DNA of 64,000 nt from Desulfomicrobium sp. (lineage in GTDB: Bacteria; Desulfobacterota; Desulfovibrionia; Desulfovibrionales; Desulfomicrobiaceae): the NCBI GenBank assembly GCA_040768745.1, contig JAXGMI010000001.1, forward strand, positions 768,001 to 832,000, given 5' to 3'. The notes under the pieces are model-generated. The model ran no database searches. It had not been told where the DNA came from and worked only from the letters and a program-made list of their open reading frames with translations. Position numbers and translations under genes: made by a program. Below, one piece after another: positions 27,441-33,619 of the stretch. Within the stretch, counting starts at the first letter, position 1. Each line of letters opens with the position of its first letter.

Positions 27441-27535
27441 TGCGGCCGATTTGGCACACGAACGAGTTGGGGGTTGCGGCTGAGGTCTGCGCCAAATAGC
27501 GCGCAAATCTGCGCCAAACGCCGCGCGCGCTTACA
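27441..27535. repeat. Prophage right end (attR) with transposase-binding repeats
   Basis: TCTGCGCCAAA at 27486 and 27508 (22-bp spacing), an inverted degenerate copy TTTGGCACA at 27450, terminal TTACA. Confidence 0.85.
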
Positions 27536-27538
27536 GGG

Positions 27539-28405
27539 TCAGGATACTTCGGCCAGGGCCCGCTCCAGGGCCCGGGGCAGAAAGGGCAACAGGTCGGCCA
27601 CTCCCCAGGCCGGGGTGGGGCTGGCCAAAGAACCCACATGGCGGTTGGCCAATGCCGCCACGCGACAGGCGGTGGGCACACTGAGGCCCGAGGCCAACAG
27701 GGCTGTCACCAGTCCGGTCAGGGTGTCTCCCGTCCCGCCGATGGGCTCCAAAGCAGGAATATCCGGGTCGCTGATGGCGGCGATGATGGCTCCCTCGGCG
27801 ACCACGTAGTCAGTGCGCCCCTTGATTAGGAGGTGCCGGGCCGCGTTCTCGGCGGCGTAAGCCAGGGGAATGAGTTCCGGAATACGCTCCTCCTCCTGCA
27901 GGAGGAAGCCCCGCGTGTAGAAGGGATGGGGAGCGACCTCGTCGGCCAGAAAAGCCATTTCTCCCGCGTCCGGTGTGAACAGATCATAGTGTGCGGCAAA
28001 GCCGCTCATCTTGGCTGCGTACATGAATCCTGCGTCGGCCACGAGCAGGGGACGACTCGGCAGGGCTTCCAGAATCCAAAGAATTTTATTGTGCCAAACC
28101 ACGTCGGGCATGAGATAATGAAACGTTACCCCGTCGTAGGCAGAGCCTTCCAGCCCGGCTGTCATCCGGGCGTACGCTTCCCGGCTGCCCGCACCCGAAC
28201 CTGTGTCCCCGGCGAGCAATGCTTCTGGCTTTTCCGCGCCAAGCACCCCGGTTGCCACTGCGGCCGTGGCCATGAGGGCGGACGTGCCCCGGGCCACGTT
28301 CACAACCCGCCCCTCCATCTCCAGCACATTCCCGCGCAGGGCGTAACTTCCCCACGTCAGACCGTAATCAGCCCTAGGCACAGTGCCCACGATCAGCCAC
28401 GACAT
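27539..28405 (-). CDS. Ribokinase-fold sugar kinase/NAD(P)HX dehydratase-like protein of yedE clusters
   Basis: LVADAG, FTPDAGE, LLIKG..D and GGTGDTLTG motifs. Confidence 0.8.
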   Translation of the reverse strand: MSWLIVGTVPRADYGLTWGSYALRGNVLEMEGRVVNVARGTSALMATAAVATGVLGAEKPEALLAGDTGSGAGSREAYARMTAGLEGSAYDGVTFHYLMPDVVWHNKILWILEALPSRPLLVADAGFMYAAKMSGFAAHYDLFTPDAGEMAFLADEVAPHPFYTRGFLLQEEERIPELIPLAYAAENAARHLLIKGRTDYVVAEGAIIAAISDPDIPALEPIGGTGDTLTGLVTALLASGLSVPTACRVAALANRHVGSLASPTPAWGVADLLPFLPRALERALAEVS

Positions 28406-28965
28406 TGGCGATGCGCCTCCTCGAACGCCAACTGCAGGGCATAGCCACACAATGTCTGCCCCAGGGAACGCGGCTCCGGGGCTTCGTCCAGCGTTTTGCC
28501 CACCAGCGCATCGGCCAGAAAAGGCACGTCCGGGCAGCCCCCCCCCGAGACATTGACGATACGACGATCACGCCGGTCCACGGTGATCTTCATGTTGGCG
28601 GCGCGGACCATGACATAATCCCCCAGTTCCTTGACATGGTACAGTGAAACCGGCTCCAGGAGATGATCCTGCGCCACGGCCACGCGCAAAGGCAGAAGAT
28701 TGCGCTCGGCCAGCACCTCCCGCACACGCATCTCCTCCAACAGGGGAAACTCGATGACCATGTCGCAGCCCTGGCGCAGATCCGGAGGCGGTCCCTTGAT
28801 GGTCACCCGCACCCCGGCCTGACGCAACGCAGCCTCGGCCCGGATGACCTCGCCCGTACTCGGGTAAACGAGCATGCCTTTGTCCGAAAGACTCCGATCA
28901 ACGCGTTCCCGACCTGAGAACACGCCACGCAGCCAGCCCGCTATTTTGCCAGATCCAGCCGGCAT
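28393..28965 (-). CDS. DUF3343 domain protein (start uncertain)
   Basis: T.EVIRAE..L...PP..L..GC motif, SGGGCPD, LCGY. Confidence 0.75.
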   Translation of the reverse strand: MPAGSGKIAGWLRGVFSGRERVDRSLSDKGMLVYPSTGEVIRAEAALRQAGVRVTIKGPPPDLRQGCDMVIEFPLLEEMRVREVLAERNLLPLRVAVAQDHLLEPVSLYHVKELGDYVMVRAANMKITVDRRDRRIVNVSGGGCPDVPFLADALVGKTLDEAPEPRSLGQTLCGYALQLAFEEAHRQCRG

Positions 28966-29156
28966 TCTCCACCCGCCATCTCCGTCACGGCTACGCTCCA
29001 CCCCTGGCTTTGCGCTGCTCGGGCGACATTCTCACGGCTGGCTTCGTTGTCTACCAGCACCTCGATAGCCCCGGATCCTGTCCCACGCATGGCCTGCATG
29101 GCTAAGAGTACGGGCTGGGGACAGGACAGTCCCCGTGTATCAACTGTCTGTTTCAT
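28941..29156 (-). CDS. TusA/SirA-family sulfurtransferase
   Basis: VDTRGLSCPQPV...VLVDN...ENV. Confidence 0.92.
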   Translation of the reverse strand: MKQTVDTRGLSCPQPVLLAMQAMRGTGSGAIEVLVDNEASRENVARAAQSQGWSVAVTEMAGGECRLDLAK

Positions 29157-29167
29157 CGTGTCCTCCC

Positions 29168-30256
29168 CTATTTTCGATTCGTAACGCCAATGAAAACCAG
29201 CACGGCCATCCCCACGATTACCGCTGCCATGCCATGCGGCCCGATGCCTTGAGGCGAGCTAGCCAAGCCAAAATTATGAGCCAGGCCGGCGCCGGCAAGC
29301 ATTCCCAGAACAAACACTCCCGCATCGCTGTTGCCTTCGCCACTCATGAACAGCTGTCGTCCCGGACACCCCCCGGCCAGGGCAAAAGCCAAACCGGCCA
29401 TGAGCATGCCCGCAAAGTTCCAGAACCACATGGTGTGGGCCACGGGCTGCCCATCAAAGCCAGGCTTGAACTGGCCCAGGGCTATGTTGGTCGCAAAGGC
29501 CGCCACAAGCAAGGCCACAAAGCCGTAGAGCAGGTAAAACTGCCTGAAGAGCAGGGCGTCGCGGATGGCGCCCATGGTGCAAAAGCGGCTGCGCTGGGCC
29601 AAAAATCCGATGCCCAGACCCGCCCCGAGGGAAATGAACAGCGGCGCATAGGCTGCGCCCGGCCCCTTGATAGAATACCACAGCACTCCACTCTGGGCCT
29701 CGCCGGGCACAGGCGGAAAGAGCAGACGCAGGGCCAGCAGCCCCAACATCATCAGGGGCAGCATCAGCCCCGTGCTCGTGGATTGGACTTGGCTGCGGCC
29801 CAAGGAGAATCCGCCCTTGAAGAACAGGGTCCCGATCCCAACCCCGGAAACCAAGCCCAGCAGGCCGAAAATCGCGTTGCCGTCCCCACCGGCCAGGCGC
29901 AGAATGACGCGCCACGGGCAGCCAAGGAAGACCAGGGCGCCGATCATGGCGATCATACCCAAAAAGAAGCGGATCACGGGTGCAGAGCCGCCGCTCGGCT
30001 TGAATTCCTTGAAGATCAGGGCCGCCGCGAAGGAACCGAGAACAAAGCCGATGATCTCCGGCCGCAGGTACTGGACCACCTCGGCCCGGTGCAGCCCAAT
30101 GGCGCCTGCGATATCCCGTCCGAAGCAGGCCACGCAGATAGCCATATTCGCCGGATTGCCCAATTTCTGCAGAAACCCGGCCACAACCCCGATCACCGTT
30201 CCCACGACGATGATTCCCACCGTGGTGGCAAAAACGTTTTTAACTCCCGCTGACAT
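29168..30256 (-). CDS. yedE: YedE-family putative selenium/sulfur transporter
   Basis: GNPANMAICVACF.RD, FLGCP, QRSRFCTMG and GGCPGRQL motifs. Confidence 0.92.
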   Translation of the reverse strand: MSAGVKNVFATTVGIIVVGTVIGVVAGFLQKLGNPANMAICVACFGRDIAGAIGLHRAEVVQYLRPEIIGFVLGSFAAALIFKEFKPSGGSAPVIRFFLGMIAMIGALVFLGCPWRVILRLAGGDGNAIFGLLGLVSGVGIGTLFFKGGFSLGRSQVQSTSTGLMLPLMMLGLLALRLLFPPVPGEAQSGVLWYSIKGPGAAYAPLFISLGAGLGIGFLAQRSRFCTMGAIRDALLFRQFYLLYGFVALLVAAFATNIALGQFKPGFDGQPVAHTMWFWNFAGMLMAGLAFALAGGCPGRQLFMSGEGNSDAGVFVLGMLAGAGLAHNFGLASSPQGIGPHGMAAVIVGMAVLVFIGVTNRK

Positions 30257-30498
30257 CACTCTCCTCCTTTGCTGTTCGCTCCATGTTCCCGATCCTGCTC
30301 ACGGACGCTCAACGGGCAGAGCAGCTCATCCGGCCCGAAGACATGCTCCCCGTTGCACAACGGACAACTCACCCGCACCGATCCCTCCAGATATCTGCTC
30401 CCTCCCTGGCCTTCGCGTACCGCGAGCATTTCGTTGACCTCCCACAGCGCGGAGTAAAAAAAGCGGCCCTTAATGGGACAGACAAAACACAGCTCCAC
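30256..30498 (-). CDS. Small Cys-rich hypothetical protein leading the yedE operon
   Basis: GGAGG RBS before GTG; FVCP...CPLC..EH...LLCP; abuts yedE. Confidence 0.6.
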   Translation of the reverse strand: MELCFVCPIKGRFFYSALWEVNEMLAVREGQGGSRYLEGSVRVSCPLCNGEHVFGPDELLCPLSVREQDREHGANSKGGE

Positions 30499-30671
30499 GC
30501 GCCTCCCTCCAACGGTTACACACTGTGGCACATTCGTGTACGCCAAAAATTTGTTGTCCGTCCAATAGATTGCATCAATATCGAGGCAACCAACCGATCT
30601 GTTTTTTTCGGTCTTGTCTACGCCCTGGCCTTGCTCACTGACCCTTTCAGGCCGTGGCAAGTAGTGGAATA

Positions 30672-30736
30672 GTGAGAAGCGCTGGGTCAGTACGTCGTGA
30701 GGGTTTCCCCATGGGAGTCCGGGCCCCCTCTGCGCA
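30672..30736 (+). ncRNA. Candidate structured ncRNA resembling the 5S rRNA helix IV/loop E/helix V arm
   Basis: Non-coding hairpin GCGCTGGGTCAGTAC...GGG-TTT-CCC...TGGGAGTCCGGG whose G-U wobbles favour the + strand; followed by a strong terminator. Confidence 0.4.
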
Positions 30737-30748
30737 TCAACAAAATTG

Positions 30749-30781
30749 AAGGGGTTGCAGCGAACTGCAACCCCTTTTTTT
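30749..30781 (+). terminator. Rho-independent terminator
   Basis: GGGGTTGCAG-CGAA-CTGCAACCCC followed by T7. Confidence 0.85.
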
Positions 30782-30868
30782 CGATGGAGCGCACGGGCAT
30801 TCTCCGTCCCTGCAGACCTCGGATTGGGCCTTCCAGGGGCTTTTGGCGTGAAACTGTTGCGGTCGCCC

Positions 30869-31270
30869 TCACAAGTCCTTGAGGACGATATCCATGCGCA
30901 TGTCCACCCATTTGCCATGCACTTCCTCGTCGCAGTCGGCCAGGGTGGCAGTGATGATCTTGCCCGCGTCCATGAGCCGGGCCAGGATGGGATTGGATTT
31001 GCGCGGCACGTAGCCGAGCTTTTCGCCGTCCGGCGTGAAGACCTCGATGGCCAGTTCGTCATGGGGATTGTCCGGCTGACGTTTCAGGATCAGGGTCCTG
31101 GCCTGGCGGATGCGCTCCAGGGCTTGTGGCGCGTCGTAGTAGGCCGTGCCCGCGACATGGGTGTTGATCAGAAAAATATCCCGGCCAAAGGGCAGGGTCA
31201 GCTCTCCGCCGTCCACGGACACGCGCATGAGCAGGCCGGTCAGGCCATCCTTGATGACAATATCGGACAT
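30869..31270 (-). CDS. HIRAN domain protein
   Basis: HVAGT.YY...L.L.R.PDNPHD..AI.V....G.KLGYVPR..N..LARLMDAG. Confidence 0.9.
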   Translation of the reverse strand: MSDIVIKDGLTGLLMRVSVDGGELTLPFGRDIFLINTHVAGTAYYDAPQALERIRQARTLILKRQPDNPHDELAIEVFTPDGEKLGYVPRKSNPILARLMDAGKIITATLADCDEEVHGKWVDMRMDIVLKDL

Positions 31271-32097
31271 CAGTGCACCTGTACCGCACCCTGGGCCATG
31301 AGCTGGCCGCAGAGGGCGCGCAGCTCGTCGCACCGGGCCTGCATGGCGGCGCAGGCCGAGCGCAGTTCTTCCTGTTTGGCCGCGATCCAGGCCGGGTCGC
31401 GCAGCTCCCGCTCCAGGCACAGGGGCGGGTTTTTGCGCCTCTCGGCGATGCGGCGGGCATGTTCCAGGGCCAAGTGTTCCAGGCGGTCCCGTTCCTCTGC
31501 CAGGGCGTCCAGGCTTGAGCGCTCGTCCACCCTTTCGGAACGTCCGTCCCGCGCCGCATCCCACAGGGCTTCCAGCGCATTGAGGTCGCCGGCCGCGTAG
31601 GCCGCCTGGGCATGGTCCCAATAGGTTTCGAGCAGGACCGGATCGCCATGCATGTCCGGATGGAGCAGAAAACACAGGGCGCGGTAAAGCTTTTTGATCT
31701 GCAACTCCTGATCCGGACTCAGGTATTTGACCTCCTTAAGAAAATCCTGGGCCGCGTCCACCTGCCGGGCCTTGTCCGCCATTTCCCGTTGCCACACGGC
31801 CTGCAGTTCGCGCACCTCGGCGTCGATGCGCTCCAGGTCGCCCGCCTCGACGCGCCCGCCCCGGTTGATGATCCGCATCAGGCTTTCGACCCGGAATTTC
31901 AGCCCACCCGCCTCGACGCGCACGGCCAGCAGGGCGTATTCGTGCGCGCCGATCTCCTTTTCATAGATGGCCGTGAGGATGGGAATGGCGTGGGCGCGAA
32001 GGTGGGCCTGCTCCTCCAGCAGGTCGCCGATGCGCTGCCTGAGGTCGTCGATCTGGGCCAGCAGACGGGCGGCTTGGGGGTGGAGTTCAAGGTGCAT
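31270..32097 (-). CDS. Coiled-coil protein with J-domain (HPD motif)
   Basis: IKKLYRAL..LLHPD...AQAAY..GDL..L; TGATG-coupled to the HIRAN gene. Confidence 0.85.
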   Translation of the reverse strand: MHLELHPQAARLLAQIDDLRQRIGDLLEEQAHLRAHAIPILTAIYEKEIGAHEYALLAVRVEAGGLKFRVESLMRIINRGGRVEAGDLERIDAEVRELQAVWQREMADKARQVDAAQDFLKEVKYLSPDQELQIKKLYRALCFLLHPDMHGDPVLLETYWDHAQAAYAAGDLNALEALWDAARDGRSERVDERSSLDALAEERDRLEHLALEHARRIAERRKNPPLCLERELRDPAWIAAKQEELRSACAAMQARCDELRALCGQLMAQGAVQVH

Positions 32098-32226
32098 GGC
32101 GGTTTGGGCTAGGCTCCGTGCTCGGGACTTTTTGTTGAGTCCAGGTACAGGGTGTCGGCCAGGATGTACGGCCCGGCGGACAGCCAGCAGATTTTCGGTT
32201 TTCCAGCGCGGATCATAGGATACCTC

Positions 32227-32415
32227 CTACTTCAGACCGCCCAAGAGCGTGGTCACCACGGCCCAGCCCACGAACTCGGCCACCATGATCACAGGCAGGA
32301 GCATAATCGCGCCGACGAGCCAGCCAAAGCGGTCCGGCACCATGGGCGCAATCATGACGCCAAGGCCGATGGCCGCGCCAATATCTGACTGGTCGTATCT
32401 TTTGCGGTGGCGCAT
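32227..32415 (-). CDS. Small membrane protein
   Basis: GGAGG RBS; hydrophobic 62-aa ORF. Confidence 0.45.
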   Translation of the reverse strand: MRHRKRYDQSDIGAAIGLGVMIAPMVPDRFGWLVGAIMLLPVIMVAEFVGWAVVTTLLGGLK

Positions 32416-32485
32416 GGCGACAACCCTCCGTCAGTTCCGGACATACATTCCAACAGGGAGGCCGCCAAGGGTTGGGTGAGGGCTG

Positions 32486-32536
32486 GATTGCCACGGCCGA
32501 AGCGGCCCACGCAGAGCCTGGCTTCTCGCAATGACG
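32486..32536. repeat. REP/REPIN-like element (GATTGCCACG...CTCGCAATGACG type)
   Basis: Ends match the recurrent GTCATTGCGAG/CGTGGCAATC repeat class; only one copy here. Confidence 0.45.
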
Positions 32537-32634
32537 AAATCATAAACAGCAATGTCAAAGAAATGCGCTCCTCAGCAGCCACATAATCGCGACGCGGAAA
32601 ATGCAGTGCGTCACGGCGCGGCGTTATGCATCGC

Positions 32635-32662
32635 GTGGGGACGATAAATTTTTCGCCCCCAC
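32635..32662. repeat. REP-like palindrome
   Basis: GTGGGGACGATAAATTTTTCGCCCCCAC, an imperfect palindrome just after the hicB stop. Confidence 0.5.
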
Positions 32663-32668
32663 AATTTT

Positions 32669-33007
32669 TCATGTGTGGGCCACGGCGTCGCGAACAGCCT
32701 CGGCAATGAACTGGTTCAGGCTCTTGCCGTTGGCCGCCGCCGCGATGCTGGCTTGGCGGTAGGTCTGCTGGTCCAGGCGCAGGGCGAATTTGCCCTTGGC
32801 CTTGCGGGGTTCGATGCCGCGCGCGGCACATTCGTCCAAAAACACCTTGAGCGACACCGCGCCTTCACGCTTCAGCCCGTCCAGGTCCGTGGCATAGAAG
32901 TCGGCCCCGCCGTTCAGATCGACAAATTCGCCCCGAAACATTTCTAATTGAGGGTCAAAGGTGATGACCGCGGCATACCCGCCGGGAAATTCCAGTACGT
33001 TCTTCAT
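32669..33007 (-). CDS. hicB: HicB antitoxin
   Basis: Y.A.I.FDP....FRGEF..LNGGADFY...G..SL.VFL..C...GIEP.K...GKF.LR. Confidence 0.92.
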   Translation of the reverse strand: MKNVLEFPGGYAAVITFDPQLEMFRGEFVDLNGGADFYATDLDGLKREGAVSLKVFLDECAARGIEPRKAKGKFALRLDQQTYRQASIAAAANGKSLNQFIAEAVRDAVAHT

Positions 33008-33258
33008 GGCTTCACTCCATTTATTTCCAACCACTTGCGGATGCTGGCCATGGCGCCTTTGTCCGTGTCCGGCGACGGATGCGGACGATGAAAGACCCGG
33101 ACCTCGCCAAAGAGAAACACGCTGATGCGCGACCCTTCCCGCTCCGCGACCTCGGCGCCCAATTCCAAGAACAAAGCCTCGATGTCCGCCCATTTGACGC
33201 CGCCTGGAGTTGGCCGGTCGAAGATCCGGCGGAGCGTGGCTTCGTGTTTGCGTTTCAT
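33004..33258 (-). CDS. hicA: HicA toxin
   Basis: KH..TL..IF..P.....W.DIE.LF..LGA...E..GSR...FHRPHP. Confidence 0.93.
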   Translation of the reverse strand: MKRKHEATLRRIFDRPTPGGVKWADIEALFLELGAEVAEREGSRISVFLFGEVRVFHRPHPSPDTDKGAMASIRKWLEINGVKP

Positions 33259-33360
33259 GGATTTATAATATTGTTTTTTGATATCACGTCAAGGCCATGG
33301 GCGCGAAATGGATTGATATGTTGCGCAGCTACCCCAAATACCCCCGCTCGCCCTGGCGGA

Positions 33361-33485
33361 TCAGGCCGCGGGCATGGGCGGCAGGCCCAGGGCGGCGATG
33401 AGTTCGGTCAGGAAACGCTGGCTGTTGGCCGCTCGTATCCGTGTGAATCGCTCCAACGTGTGATGAATTCTCCCATGGCGGCCAT
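33361..33485 (-). pseudogene. N-terminal remnant of MmeI-like type IIL restriction-modification enzyme
   Basis: GGGAGGG RBS; MAAMGEFITRWSDSHGYER / 1-nt frameshift / ANSQRFLTELIAALGLP then stop. Confidence 0.6.
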
Positions 33486-33619
33486 ATTCCCTCCCTGCAA
33501 TGGGACGTCTTAACGCGAGCAACGGGGAAACAAAAGGGGCTGACCGTAGGCGGTCAGCCTGCCTTCCTGCTGGACTCCTTGGGTGACGAACGCCTTGGAT
33601 CAGGATATAATGAAACTGT

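Larger units (their letters stand above)
1..27535 (+). mobile_element. Mu-like transposable prophage (defective; left end outside window)
   Basis: Mu-type gene order (transposase HTH, gemA, mor, lysis, gp26-30, protease I, gpT, gp36/37, tail). Ends in a terminal CA at 27535 preceded by repeats spaced 22 bp apart. Confidence 0.95.

Noticed and set aside
30600..30790. tRNA-Sec or other tRNA next to the yedE operon
   Set aside because: No TTCGA T-loop, cloverleaf or CCA end; reported as an unknown ncRNA candidate instead.
33392..33473. Fluoride-riboswitch-like GGCGATGAGTTC…TGATGAATTCT upstream of the ATPase/TrkA/DUF190 genes
   Set aside because: P1 is weak, and the same bases are better explained as the minus-strand MmeI-like coding remnant. 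A cmsearch with the fluoride riboswitch model would settle it.
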